Shown here piece by piece: positions 14,107 to 27,753 of a stretch of 64,000 nt of DNA. The translations under genes were made by a program, and so were the position numbers. The notes under the pieces are model-generated. The model had not been told where the DNA came from. It was given only the letters and a program-made list of their open reading frames with translations, and did not search any database. The stretch spans positions 45,262,001 through 45,326,000 of the forward strand of contig CM059432.1 in the NCBI GenBank assembly GCA_030390025.1, given 5' to 3'. The stretch comes from Squalus acanthias (taxonomy: Eukaryota). Each line of letters starts with the position of its first letter. The stretch's first letter is position 1.

Positions 14107-14216
14107 GGCCTGGAATTTGCGGTCAGCAGGGAAGTGAAGGCATTCGCTGCTGGCCCCGAAGTTGTGGTCAGTTTCAAAGGAGGAATCGCCGTCATCCCAA
14201 CTGCAAATTCCGGGCC
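14107..14216. mobile_element. Very short MITE (~110 bp)
   Basis: TIRs GGCCTGGAATTTGC / GCAAATTCCGGGCC. Confidence 0.55.
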
Positions 14217-14221
14217 AATAT

Positions 14222-16316
14222 TATAAGAACATAAGAACATAAGAAATAGGAGCAGGAGTAGGCCAATCGGCCCCTCGAGCCTGCTCCGCCATTCAATAAG
14301 ATCATGGCTGATCTGATCCTAACCGCCAATCTACTATCTATCACAGAACCATCTCCTGCATCTAACAGAATTGCACACACGAAATAGGAGCAGAATCAGG
14401 CTACACAGTCCCTGGGCCCGCTCCACTACCCACAGGGCCATGACCGATCCGAACCTAGACTCATGTCCAAATTCCTGCCCGCTCCCCGTAACCCTTAATG
14501 CCCTTTACTTCTAGGAAACTGTCTATTTCTGTTTTAAATTTAATTAATGTTGTAGCTTCTACAGCTTTTTGTGGCAGCATATTCCATGGACCTACCACCC
14601 TCTGAGTGAAGTAGTTCCTCCTCATCTCAGTTTTGAAAGAGCAGCCCCTTATTCTAAGACTATGTCCCCTAGTTCTCGTCTCACCCGTCATCGGGAACAT
14701 CCTTCCCGCATCCACCCGATCCAACCCCTTCACAATCTTATATGTTTCAATAAGATCGCCTCTCATTCTTCTGAACTCCAATGAGTAGAGTCCCAATCTA
14801 CCCAACCTCTCCTCATATGACCACCCCCTCATCCCCGGGATTAACCGAGTGAACCTTTTTTGCACTGCCTCGAGAGCAAGGATGTCTTTCCTTAAGTAAG
14901 GACACCAAAACTGTATGCAGTATTCCAGGTGCGGTCTCACCAATACCTTGTACAACTGAAGCAATACCTCCCTATTTTTATATTCTATCCCCCTAGCAAT
15001 GAAAGCCAACATTCCATTTGCCTTCTTAATCACTTGCTGCACCTGCATACTAACCTTTTGAGTTTCGTGCACCAGGACCCCCAGATCCCTTTGCACTTCA
15101 GTACTCTCCAGTTTCTTGCCATTAAGATAATAAATTGCTCTAGGATTTTTCCTGCCAAAGTGCATCACCTCACACTTTCCAGTGTTGTATTCCATCTGCC
15201 AAATCTCTGCCCACTTACTTAGCCTGTCTATGTCCCCTTGCAGGTTTTTTATGTCCTCCTCACTCACTACTTTCCCTCCCATCTTTGTATCATCTGCAAA
15301 TTTTGATATGTTACACTTGGTCCCTTCCTCCAAATCGTTAATATAGATTGTGAAGAGTTGGGGACCCAGCACTGACCCCTGTGGAACACCACTAGTTACT
15401 GATTGCCAGTCTGAGAATGAACCATTTATCCCAACTCTTTGCTTTCTGTTAGATAGCCAATCCTCTATCCATGCCAGAATATTACCCCCAATCCCGTGAT
15501 TTTTTACCTTAAGCAATAATCTTTTGTGTGGCACCTTGTCAAATGCCTTTTGGAAGTCTAAATACACTACGTCCACTGGTTCCCCTTTATCCACTCTATA
15601 TGTTACTTCCTCAAAGAACTCCAGCAAATTTGTCAAACATGACTTCCCCTTCGTAAAACCATGCTGACTTTGTCCTATTAAATTATGATTATCCAAATGT
15701 CCTGTTACTGTTTCCTTAATAATGGACTCCAAAATTTTACCTACCACAGATGTTAGGCTAACCGGTCTATAGTTACCAGCCTTCTGTCTACTGCCCTTTT
15801 TAAATAAGGGTGTTACATTAGCAGTTTTCCAGTCTGCCGGGACCTTAGCGGAATCCAGGGAGTTTTGAAAAATTATTACCAATGCATCTACAATCCCTAC
15901 CGCCACTTCCTTCAAGACTCTAGGATGTAAGCCATCAGGTCCAGGTGATTTATCCGCCTTGAGTCCCATTATTTTACCGAGTACCACTTCCTTAGTGATT
16001 TTGATCGTGTTTAGCTCCTCTCCCCCTATAGCCCCCTGTTTGTCCAGTGTTGGGATATTCTTAGTGTCCTCTACTGTAAAGACTGATACAAAATATTCAT
16101 TCAGTGTTTTTGCCATCTCCATATTTCCCACCATTAATTTCCCGGTCTCATCCTCTAAGGGACCAACATTTACTTTAGCCACCCTTTTTCTTTTTATATA
16201 ACTATAAAAACTCTTACTATCTGTTTTTATATTTTTTGCTAATTTACTTTCATAATCTATCTTCCCTTTCTTAATCAATCTTTTTGTTATTTTTTGCTGC
16301 CTTTTAAAGTTTTGGT
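14222..16316 (-). mobile_element. Young 5'-truncated CR1 LINE with uninterrupted RT reading frame
   Basis: ORF 14461-16398 has full RT (SPGPDG, NYRPVSLTS, YLDFQKAFD, SGVPQGSVLGP, KFADD) with no stops; (TTCTTATG)n tail at 14222-14245. Confidence 0.95.
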
Positions 16317-16820
16317 AGATAATGGCAGCTGTCACTGATACAGAGGGGTCAAATAAGGCAATGGTGATATCACACCAAGAAGAGATGGAATGCAGCAAGT
16401 TCTTAAAAAAACAGTGAGGCTAAGGGCAAGATGCCATTTTCGCTAAGCTAATGGTGGAGCGGTGTAACTCGGACAGCAATTTTTGGATATTCACATTTAA
16501 CCGCACAATTGCTCTAAATGATGATTAATACTGTCGCTCAGAATTTTTCCAATAATTTTCCTACCACCGAGGTTAGGCTGACTGGCCTGTAATTGCTCGG
16601 TCTATCCCTTTCTGTCTTTTTCAACAATGGGTGCAACGTTAGCAGTCCTCCAGTCCTCAGGTACCACACCTGTAGCCAGAGAGGATTGGAAAATGATGGT
16701 CAGAGCCTTCGCTATTTCCTCCCTTGCTTCTCTTTACAGCCTGAGATGCATTTCATCCAGGCCTGGCAATCTATCTACTTTCAAAAATACTAAACCCCTT
16801 AATATTTCCTCTCTCACTAT

Positions 16821-18230
16821 GGAAACCCGCCGCAAACCCGTCTCCGTGTGAGTTTCAAGAGTGTCGGGTCTGCGATTTCACAACAGACCCAACACCAAGC
16901 GACAGGTAAGGGATTTAAGGCAGTTAACTCCTTGTTAAGTGCTTGTTAACTGCTATTTTGAGAGCCTTTTCCAATTTACCAAGATTTTATTCAGATTTCA
17001 CGACGTTCAGAGATCACGCCAGGTAAGTATGTTGGGAGAACCAACGAGCTGGAAACTTCACAGTTGCAACTGCAGTCTAAAAGTTGCACTCTCAAATCTG
17101 CTTAATTTCAAATGTCAGAGGTTGCTGATTTAACGATTTGGGAGACCTTCTGTCTTGAGGCCGTAAGTGTCTGGTGTTAACTCTATATCCACTGTCACCT
17201 GCATTGCTGGATATAAAAGGCGCCCTCACCCTTCACTGTGCCACCTCAAATTGTGAGCACACAAATGGCAACGATGTCAAACGTTCATACTAAATTAATT
17301 TATTCCAAAATAATAAAAGAAAAGAAACTTAACATTGAATTCTATCAGAACAACCAAGTGAGTACCCTTGTGATCATTTATGTGTCAGCTTTCTCTTACG
17401 CGTGCTTCTACGTTGTGCTACCCCTGTGGCTTCAGCAGATGTAGAGATAGGCTGCTCACTTCCCTGCTGCGCCTGCTTCAACACTTTGGCGGTCGTCCTC
17501 TGGGTTTTGGAGCCTTTGAAGACCCCACCAAAGTCTGCTCCTCCTGCGACTGCACAGGCTATCACTGCTCGGGCAGTGCTCATCTGGGGCTCTGACTGAG
17601 GGGTTGGCAAGGGGATGGAAGTTGGAACACTTTGAGAGGAGCCCGCACTTGCATGTCGCCTCCCACCATCATCCCTCTCATGGGCCACCGCACTTCTCTG
17701 CTAGCATGTAGCTGGAGAGCACCTTGCTGCACATCAGTGGGGCCATGAGGACCCGTCTCTGTACTGACAGTCCTCATAATGGGGATGTTCATGCACCTCT
17801 GGTTCCTCTCCATGATGGATGCCCATCTATCCTCCATAGCTGACCATCTATTTAGAAGAGTCACCATGTTCATTTGAGTCTGGTGATTTATGTCCTCCAT
17901 GGAGGTTGCCATCCTTTCCATGGCGGTACCTACATTTGCCACAACGGGGAGCTGTCTTTTGTTTCTCTGCAGACATCGTGGTGAGAAGCATCAGTCAGAA
18001 GCACCAGAAACGACCTGAGATATAATTGTGAAATGGCCCCCGTAAATGCATCAGCATATCAGCTGAACAGACCCACACCTTGTGATCAGGGCAGGCAACC
18101 CACATGGCGGCTTAATTAGCCCAATTAACCAAAAATTGTGTCAGTAGGCCGGCTGGAGCCGGCAGCGGGACCGGAACCCACCGAGTACCGTTCCCAATGC
18201 CAACCCACCTCCACGCAGAAAATTGCCGCC
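16821..18230 (-). mobile_element. Harbinger-derived non-autonomous element (3' part of Myb/SANT gene)
   Basis: 17374-17942 is homologous to the last exon of the Myb gene at 26100-26675 (QGSEQPISTSAEA..RRSTRKRK); right TIR-like AAAATTGCCGCC. Confidence 0.7.
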
Positions 18231-19020
18231 AAAGTATTCATTAAGAACCATACCCATGTCTTCCACGTCAACACACAGGTTACCTTTCTGGTGTCTAATA
18301 GGCCCTACTCTTTCTTTAGATATCCTCTTGCTCTTTATGTATTGATAAAACATCTTTGGGTTTTCCTTGATTTTACTTGCCAATATTTTTTCATGCCTTC
18401 TCTTTGCTTTCCTATTTTCCTTTTTAATTTCAACCCTGCAGTTTCTATACTCCTCTAGGCTTTCTGCAATAGTGAGTTCTCGGTATCTGACAAAAACTTC
18501 CTTTTTTTGCCTTATCCTACCCTGTGTGCCCCTTGACATCCAGGGGGCTCTAGATTTGGGAATCCCACCCTTTTTCTTCATGGGAACATATTTTCTCTGA
18601 ACCCTCACTATCTCCTCCTTGAATGCCTCCCACTGCTCTGACCCTGATTTACCTTCAAGTAGCTGTTTCCAGTCCACTTAAGCTAAATCACATCTCAGCT
18701 TAGTAAAATTGGCCATTCCCCAATTGATAACTTTTACTCCTGGTGTATCTTTGTCCTTTTCCATAACTACACTAAATCTAACTGAATTATGATCACGACC
18801 ACCAAAATGCTCTCCCACTGATACCCCTTCTACCTGCCCAGCTTCATTCCCTAAAACTAAGTCCAGGACCACCCCCTCTCTTGTTGGGCTTGCTATGTAC
18901 TTGCTAAAAAAAGTTCTCCTGAATGCATTCTAAGAATTCTGTGCCCTCTATACCTTTTACACTGATTTTATCCCAGTTAATATTAGGGTAGTCGAAATCC
19001 CCTACTATTACTGCCCTATT

Positions 19021-19795
19021 ACTGACTCCGGCCCTCTCCCTAACATCTGTCTGAGGCTGAACCACACTGTTCGCAACCTTGGTGTCATATTTGACCCTGA
19101 AATGAGCTTCCGACCACATATCCGCAGCATAACAAAGACCGCCTACTTCCAGCTCTGTAACATTGCCCGTCTCCGCCCTTGCCTCAGCTCATCCGCTGCT
19201 GAAACCCTCACCCATGCCTTTGTTACCTTTAGACTTGACTAATCCAACGCACTCCTGGCTGGCCTCCCACATTCCACCCTACGTAAACTTGAGGTCATCC
19301 AAAACTCAGCTGCTCGTGTCCTAACTCGCACCAAGTCCCGTTCGCCCATCACCCCTGTGCTCGCTAACCTACATTGGCTCCCGGTTAAGCAACACCTCGA
19401 TTTCAAAATTCTCATCCTTGTTTTCAAATCCCTCCATGGCCTCGCCCCTTCCTATCTCTGTAATCTCCTTCAGCCCCACAACCCCCCGAGATATCTGCGC
19501 TCCTCTAATTCTGCCCTCTTGAACATCCCTGATTATAATCGCTCAACCTTTGGTGGTCGTGCCTTCTGTTGCCTAGGCCCTAAGCACTGGAAATCCCTCC
19601 CTAAACCTCTCCGCCTCTCTACCTCTCTTTCCTCCTTTAAGACACCTACCTCTTTGACCAAGCTTTTGGTCACCTGCCCTAATTTATCCTTATGTCGATT
19701 GGTGTTAAATTTGTTGTCTTAAAATATTCCTGTGCAGCGCCTTGGGACGTTTTACTGCGTTAAAGGCGCTATATAAATTCAAGTTGTTGTTATTA
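19021..19795 (+). mobile_element. L2 LINE 3' fragment inserted into the CR1
   Basis: RNLGVIFD, RLD*SNALLAGLP, LANLHWLPVKQHLDFKIL; tail GGCGCTATATAAATTCAAGTTGTTGTT. Confidence 0.9.
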
Positions 19796-20009
19796 TTGTT
19801 TTTGCACTTCTCAGAAATTTGCCTACATATTTGATCTTCTATCTCTCTCTGACTATTTGAGGGTCTATAGTACACTTCCAGCAGTGTGATTGCCCCTTTG
19901 TTGTACATGATGTCCATGTTGTATATGCAGTTTTTACTGTCTACACTGTAGTTCACTCCATTTAAAGTTGAGATGAATTGGGATTAATGTTTCACCTTCC
20001 AAAGTACCT

Positions 20010-20250
20010 TTTTTTTTATTTGTTCCTGAGATGTGGGCATCACTGGCAAGACCAGCCTTTATTGCCCATCCCTAGTTGCCCTTGAGAAGGTGATGGTAAG
20101 CTGCTGCACCGCTGAACCGCTGCAGTCCCTGTGGTGAAGGTACTCCCATAGTGCTGTTAGGCAGGGAGTTACATGATTTTGAGCCAGCGACGATGAAAGA
20201 ACGGCGATATATTTCCAAGTCAGGATGGTGTGTGACTTGATGGGGAACTT
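20010..20250 (-). mobile_element. LINE family B 3' end
   Basis: Reverse complement of the 13770-13983 tail; poly(T) at ~20010. Confidence 0.85.
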
Positions 20251-20819
20251 ATTTGATTTTGTAAATATTATACTTTCTATCTCAGTATTTTATTTAACTT
20301 TTTTGTTTCTTTTCCAAATACTTTGCTCATGTAAAATAATTATTTTGCTTGTTAGCTGAATTTGCTTTCTTTCCCCAAAACTTTGATACTAAACTGATTA
20401 CTCAGTGCTGCTCAGTCTTTGGGCCAAGTAGCTCCAAGATGCAACATTTGGAAATGGAAGATAATGGGCTAGAAATTTGTTATAGCCAAGAAATGGGCAG
20501 TGTTTAGATTAAAAAAGGTTAAGCTGCGCCATCTGAAAATCATCTAGGATGCACACATAAATTCGTGCTTACTCCTCATTAACATGATTGCAGTCATGAT
20601 TCTAGTCTAAAAGCTCAAGCTGATTGGCGTTACACTGAAAAGCTGGACCAATATCGGGAGCAGTCTAATTGCAATTCATGATAGCCATAGGCTTTTTCCA
20701 CTACGTAAAGGGGAGGTTCATTGATGCTGCAGCAACTCATTCTCAGGATTGTCAGCTGTGCTGCCCCAACAGCAAACCAAACACTAGTTAGAAGACATCC
20801 GTTAGAACCAAGGCAGACA

Positions 20820-21702
20820 GGAGAAGCAGGGAAAGAGCCCGGAGGTTCTTGGATGACACTCTGGAGGCATTAGCTTTCGTGGTTGAGAGAAGGTGGGCGG
20901 TCCTGTACCCGCCAACTGGCAGGAGGCCCTCGCCTCAAGTCTGCCGCACTATGTGGAGGGAGATAGCAGACCACGTCACGTGGTCCCACACCCAGTGCAG
21001 GAAGAAGTTTAATGACCTCACACGGGTGGTTAGGGTGAGTGAAGGCTTCAACAAATGTTACATACCACCATCTGTACCACAAGCTTCACACACTGCTCAA
21101 TGCACCACACCCCCGAGCATGGTGAGCAATGTCGCAGCTTCCATTGCAGCACAGGCAGAAGCGACCCAACATTTTAGTGCTGCAGCAGAAGCTCAGACTG
21201 CTGTCATGCAGTCACTGCTTGGTGGCATCCAAGCTCAGACTGCTCTCAGGCAGTCTCGGCTTGAAGACTCCCAAGCTCAGACTGCTGCCATCGTGGCTGG
21301 GTTTACCACTGTCAACTGGGACTTTCATGGTGTCACTGCAGGCCAGCAATCTGTGCTCCAACAGATGGCTAGGAATGCTGAGGCACCACCCCGGGGGAGT
21401 GGCAGTGGCTCCATGGTGCAGGAACCTGCTGTCCTCTCTCAGGATGACAGCATTCCTTCTCCCACCCCTGCCACTCCACCATTGCCCTTGCAGTTGCCTC
21501 CCAGCCAGCCAGCCTAATCTGCTGCTGCACATGCCGATGTGGTGCAGTTTACAGCCGGGCCTTCTAGGGGCAGAGCTGGTCGAGGTCGTTCTGCAAGGCC
21601 ATCTGAAGTCTCCTGCAATGAAACTCAGCAGTCTTCCACCAGCCGTACTGCAGCCACTGGGGGAACACTGCGTAGGAGCACTAGATCAGAAAAGGGCACA
21701 TG
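20820..21702 (+). pseudogene. Harbinger Myb/SANT-like DNA-binding protein, internally deleted
   Basis: LEALAFVVERRWAVLYP...MWREIADHVTWSHTQCRKKFNDLTR trihelix motif; donor AGG|GTGAGT at ~21035. Confidence 0.8.
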
Positions 21703-21899
21703 AAAGACAGACACTAAGGGATTGCACAGGGGTGATTAGTTAATAGTATTCATGTAAATTTGTGTCAGATGATTATAGATAAATTTATTAATTGTATTGC
21801 AATCTTTTGTGCTGTCTCTCATTTCAGCTTTGCACCCAGGAGGACGCTGTGATATGGTGTGAGACAGGGATGGTATGATGGGGATGTGGTGAGCTACGG

Positions 21900-22965
21900 G
21901 GATCTGGGGTTTCATTTATACAAATCGGAGCCCATCTGGAAGGCCAATTTTCTGGCTGCCTCCTCCCTCCCTCCTGTTCCTCCTCCTCCTCGTCCTCCTC
22001 CTCGTCCTCCTCCTGAGGTGGTCCCGCAATCTCGGGTGGCAAGGGCTGCGCCCTCATGGTGGGCAAGTTGTGGAGCATGCTTCAGTAGGCTGATGATCTG
22101 CTCGATGATATTCTTGGTGGCAGCATAGCTCTCATTATATGAGTGCTGGGCATGAGTGTTGGGATTGCGGAGGGGAGTCATGAGCCAGGTGCAGAGCGGA
22201 TAGCCCTTGTCTCCGTGCAGCAACCCTTGAGCTTGATGTGGTGGCTGGAAGAGTGCTGGCACACCGAAGTGTTGGCACAGGATGAAGGCACCATGACTGC
22301 TGCCAGGATAGTGGGCATTGACATTGACGATTCACTGTGTGTGGTCTCACACCAACTGTACATTAAGTGACTGGTAGCCTTTGCGGTTACGGAAGATCTC
22401 ATGATTGGTATACGGTGCCCGCAAAGCCACGTGGGTGCAGTCGATAGCACCCTGCAGCATGAGGAAGCCTGCTATTCTGGCAAAGCCACATGCACGCTAG
22501 TCCTGCTTCTCTCTGGTCACCGGGAAGCCAATGTCGTTCCTTCTCCTGGTGTAGAGAGCCTGAGTGACCTCTCGGATGCAGCGATGGGCGGCGAACTGTG
22601 GGATGTTAGCTATGTCTCCTGCTGCAGACTGGAAGGATCCGCTGGCGAAGAAATTGAGGGCCACGTGACCTTGACTGCCACTGGAAGAGCCGTGGTTGCC
22701 CTGCTCTGAGGCTGCAGGTCTGGTTGCAGGAGGTGGCAGAATTCTGTGACCACCTCATTGGTGAAGCGGAGCCTCCTAAGTTACTGCTCCTCACTTAATT
22801 GAAGGTAGGAGAAGTGCTGTTGGAAGACCCTAGGAGGGTAAGGCCTTCTGTTGAGTGCCCTGATGGCCCTCCTCCTCTGTGCACATGTTCCCATTTTTCT
22901 CGCTGAATCTGCTCCCTCTGCTGTAGATCCTGGAGGGTGAATTCGACTGCCAGTACAGCCCCCAT
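21900..22965 (-). pseudogene. Harbinger transposase (HARBI1-like DDE), frameshifted
   Basis: RRPYPPRVFQQHFSYL, GAIDCTHV-like, [18 protein letters not shown]...YNESYAATKNIIEQIISLLK, LHNL, acidic tail. Confidence 0.9.
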
Positions 22966-24706
22966 GACTTTTAGCGAGTGTTGTAGGTTGAAGCATTTCA
23001 AAAATACTGTTAAGGTTTTATACTTGCTAGAACACTCCCTGATACCAACTAACCTTGAAATGAAACTCTTGCAGTTGCAGGAAGTAGCACACAGTCACTC
23101 AAACTGCAAAACCCTTTCCGGTGCGAGTGATTGATGATGATCCCTTTAAATAGTGTTGCTGGAGCCAGCTTCCTGCTGCTGCATGCCACCTCTACCTGTT
23201 GTTGCTTTCTCCAGCCAATAAATGCAATGGCCACAACAAAGTTGGGAGATCGGGCGTCAAGTAAGCGTTGCATACTCACTGATGTCATGATTTCCGTGAT
23301 TGCGATGTCCCCGGCGAGCGAGTTCTGCGGCTGCGCTACCGGCAACTCGGACATGGTGTGCGCCACTGGAACCTCCATCAGCTGGCGGTAGAGTACCAAC
23401 TGGCGTTTTAGCGCCATTTGTACTAGTAAGCTGAACAATTTTAGCTGGTTAAGCTTCAGCCCTATCTCTGCGCACACTAGGGGATCCCTAAGCCACTATG
23501 GGCGCATCTCCAGCGCTAACCTGCTCCTTATATCTGGAAAATCCAGGGCCTACCCGCTATGGGGTGGGGGCTGCTCAGGCCCCACCTCCGAGACCCCATT
23601 GTGGCCTGTGGTCTCCCTGTACAAGGGGGCTAAACCAATTATCTTTTACAGAAACCTACCTTTTCTTCAGAGGTCCAGGCCATTTCCCTGCCCTGGACAC
23701 CCATTGGTGGGACCCACAGGCACCCTTCTAGAGACTGGCATGTCTCATCAGGTGTACCAGCCTTCAGTAATGCTCTAGATCCCTGCTGAGCTGGGAAAGC
23801 AGGAACTACCAGAGGAGGGAGACACCACTGTGGATCCACTCCCTTGGTGTCATAGACCTTGTAAGGGGCAGGTGGAGTTTCCTCCCCTTAACAAGACCGA
23901 CAGCAAAATTTCACAACCAGGTTCCTGTCTTTATCCAGTGGGTTCCACCGAGTTAAGGCAGGAGTCCAGTGGAACCCTTGAGGAAATTCAGGGTCTGTGT
24001 GGATTTCTCAGTTTCTTGGTTGGGCAATTTCTGAATATATTGATGGGTTTCGATGTGCGTCAGACTCCCAGCTGACCCAAAAGAAAAACTGCTGCTGGAA
24101 GTGTTTCTGCATTTTTTCTGACTTGTTGCTCTCTGCTGAGGCCATTGCAGCAGTTTGCTGACCTCCCTATTGATTGTCTTTGTTCTTAGAAGATCCCACT
24201 TCTGTGAACAGCATAAGACCAACTGTTGGGTTTTAATCCAATAAGTGGTTTACTCAGTAATGTTCGAAACCCTTTCGGTAAATTAAAATATATCGGCTCT
24301 GGCCATGTGGAGGAGCATAGGCCTGTGGATCTGCTAACTGGACTGTTGGCTGGATATCCAGGCTTTTTCCCTGCTTCAGTTGTCACAAGTACTGTATTGC
24401 AACCTTACAATGTGAGTGGGTTCAGGTGCAGGGGGGCCGCATAGCAGGTAGGCATCACGAACTTTCAGTCTGTGTGTTTAACTTAACTAGATCAATTGAT
24501 TGAGTCATGCGGGTTTTCCGGCCAATTAACTAGAGCAGGTCTGATGACACCACAGGTGACTTGCCTTCAGTTCGCCTATTTAAAGGAGCCTTGCACACAT
24601 CAGAGTTGAAGGTTGCTGTAGGAGGGTCTGAGGTGGTTGTGAGAGGTGCCTGTTGCTGTTACATCCAATACTTTGACTGTGAGGGTGCAAGCATTTATAG
24701 CCAACG

Positions 24707-26675
24707 ATGCAGTGTCAGCACCAGAAGGCTGTGCCCAGGTTTTCTGATTCCTCCCTGGACATCCTGCTCCAGGGAGTGAGAACATGGAAGGAGGTCCTCT
24801 TCCCTGGTGACGGCAGGAAGAGGCCAGCCAGTGAAACAAAAAGGGCATGGCTGGAGATCGCCCATGAAGTGAGCAGCAGGGGTGTTGTGCGCTGCTCCTG
24901 GATGCAGTGTAGGAAGAGATTTAATTACCTCATAAGGTCAGGAAAGGTGAGTATAATGCCACATTTAACTACCTCTTGATGTGTGTATCACCCCAACCCC
25001 ATCACTCTGCCTTTCCAAGCCTACTCCTGCATGTCACTCACACCAACCTACCTTGCAGGTGCACCCATCCCTCACTGTCTATGCACCTACTCACATCCCC
25101 ATCTGACCATCCACCACTGACACTCACCCTCATCCTAATGCAATCATAGAAAGTAAAGCCACAGAAGGAGGCCATTTGGCAATGTCACGCCACTCCCTCA
25201 TAGTCACCCTCTACAGATGTAGCCCATCCATCCCCAATACTCATTCCATCACTCTCACTCAAAGGTCTCTTCTTTCCCTCCTTGCAGGAGAAGAGAGCGC
25301 GGAACAACAGGGAGAGACAGAAAACCGGAGGTGGACCTCCAATTTACAGTACATTGACACCAGCAGAGGAGGGGGAGATGGAAACAAGCGGAGTGGCAGA
25401 GCTGCTGGCGGTGGGAGAGAGGGGGAGCTCCCAGCAACCTGGTGACTGAATTAAATATCATACAGTCACATGGCATACAACAGTCACTCATGGTGACTTG
25501 ATGTCAGCAGCCAGTGAAATATGATCACGTGATTAATGGTAACTTAAAACATTCTTATCATAAGAGTTCTAATTCATGTCTTTACTCTCCCACAGGTCCA
25601 TCAAGTGCCCCCCCCCCCCACTGTTCAGCTGGAGGAGGAAGACGACTCCTCAGAGGAAGCTGCAGTCTCTGAGTGTGCACCGTCACATGACCCATGCTCA
25701 CCCAGCACCAGCGCAGATACGTACACGTCGGTGGGTCCTGCGAAACATAGAGTAGTGTTGTCATCTAGTGTCTCACACATCACAAGTGAGCAAGAGCAGA
25801 TGGTGGAGACAGGGACGGCAGTGGAGAGTCCTCGCCGGAGGGCACAGGCTGCTCCAAGCTCTGCTCAGCTGGATGCAGATGCTGAACCTCGGGAGCCGTC
25901 GACAAAGAGGTTGATCTTGGAGGAGACAATACCCCTGCTGCTCAGTTCATGGGCAATCTCCAGCCATGCCCTCTTTGTTTCACTGGCTGGCCTCTTCCTG
26001 CCGTCACCAGGGAAGAGGACCTCCTTCCATGTTCTCACTCCCAGGTGCAGGATGTCCAGGGAGGAATTAGAGGCTCTGGCAGCTTTTCCAGCTGCGATGT
26101 GCATGACCTCCAACATGAGCAGCATGAGGTCGCAGGCGATGGCGACGATGTGCTCTTCCATGGAAAGAATGGCCACCTGCATGGAGCAGCTAATGCACCA
26201 GTCAAAGGAGCTCATGCTTGCTGTGAACAACAGCTTGCAGACTCTGATTGCAGTCAACTCTAGGAAGGATACAAACATAGACTTAGGCGTTCATCACCCC
26301 ACTGATCTGCACAAGGTGCTCTCCAGCTCCTTGCTAGCAGGTAAGTGCGGGTGACCCATGAGAGGGATGATGGTGAGAGGGGACATGGAAGTGGGGGGCG
26401 CTGCTCAAAGCACTCCCACCTCTCCCCCGTTGCCTCCCGCTCAGTCAGAGCCCCACATGCTGCCTCAGCTCCCGATGGCCGAGTCTGCCCCTGTACAGTT
26501 TCAGGAGGAGCAGTCTTTGGCGGGGCCAGCACATGCTCCAAAACCCAGAGGACGTCCGCCAAAAGTGTCTAAGCAGTCAGAGCAGGGAAGTGAGCAGCCT
26601 GTCTCTACTTCTGCTGAAGCCTCAGTGGGTGCACCTTGTAGAAGCACTCGGAAAAGAAAAATAACACAATCGTAG
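24707..26675 (+). pseudogene. Harbinger Myb/SANT-like gene, 3 exons (24707-24946, 25288-25441, 25596-26675)
   Basis: PRFSDSSLDILL...AWLEIAHEVSS...SWMQCRKRFNYL; splice sites AAG|GTGAGT, CCTTGCAG|G, CTG|GTGACT, CCCACAG|G; last exon disrupted. Confidence 0.8.
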
Positions 26676-26760
26676 CTGCACAAGAGTATGTACATGGGTG
26701 TTTGCCAAAATGTTAGTGTTAAGTTTCAGTTCTATTTATGACCCACATAAATTTATTTCT

Positions 26761-27753
26761 TTACACCACTTTCCCGTCTTGTCCATTTTTGCCTGCTACC
26801 TGGAAAGTGGCCTCGTCAGTTGCAGTGAATGGTGAGACATTACTTAACCTCGAGCAATGGATGTGTGTGTGTGACAGGATTGGTTTGGTAACCTTCAGCT
26901 TGCCGATTGTTTGCTTTATTACACATCTGGTCATCATGTGGCTTTCATTATAGTGCTCCTCGGGCTCATTGCTTGGCCTCCTCAAGGGTGTCATCAGCCA
27001 CGTCTTTAGTGGATAGCCCTTGTCTCCAAGCAGCCAGCCAGTAAATCTGTTTGGAGGTGTGAAGAGCTGAGGGAGGGTGAACTGGCACAGGATGAAAGAG
27101 TCATGACAATTCCCTAGGAATCTGGGACACACATGCATGATGATCTTTTTGTGGTTGCAGACGAGCTGCACATTGAGGGAGTGGAAGCCCTTGCGGTTCA
27201 CAAACATTCCTGGGTGATCTGGGTGTGCCTTGATGGCCACATGTGTGCAGTCAATGATGCCCTGCACCTGTGGGAAGCCAGCCAGAGCTGCAAAGCCGAG
27301 CGCCCGCTCAGTCACGTTGGCTTCATCTGTGGCAAAGTGTACACAAGTGTCTGGCTTGTGAAAAATGGCATCGGTCACCTGGAGTGAGCCTGAGGCGAAG
27401 ATTTTGAGGGTGGTGCTGACTTTGACAGCTACTGGTAAGGCATGTCCACCAGGTCCTCTGGGCAGCAGGTCTTCTTCCAGCAAGCTACAAATGTCTGCCA
27501 TGACCTGGCGCGATAGCCTGAGCCTCCTGAAGCACTGCTGCTCATTCAGATCCGGGAAGCTCATCCTCTGCCTGTATACCCTGTGTTGGGAGTATCGCCT
27601 CCGGCGAGGTGCACCCCTATGCTGATCCCCTCTCTCTTGTGGAGCATCAGGTCGGTGAGGAGAAGGCTGCTGCTGCTGCTGGTGTTGTTGGTGCTGGGGC
27701 TCATCTTGGTCCGAATCTGAGGTCCAAGGTGAAACAGCATAAGCGGCAACCAT
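26761..27753 (-). pseudogene. Harbinger transposase (HARBI1-like), C-terminally truncated
   Basis: [56 protein letters not shown]; similarity is lost after QTIGKLKV. Confidence 0.9.

Larger units (their letters stand above)
16545..19900 (-). mobile_element. Fragmented CR1 LINE (16545-16820, 18231-19020, 19795-19900), split by Harbinger and L2 insertions
   Basis: Collinear minus-strand ORF2 peptides: YYRP..SQREIEDQIC, GDFDYPNINW, HFGGRDHN, PWMSRG, NPKMFYQYIKSK. Confidence 0.85.
20466..23550. mobile_element. Degenerate two-gene PIF/Harbinger transposon (ends approximate)
   Basis: Convergent Myb/SANT gene (+) and HARBI1-like DDE transposase (-); TIR-like GGGCTAGAAATT at left. Confidence 0.85.
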
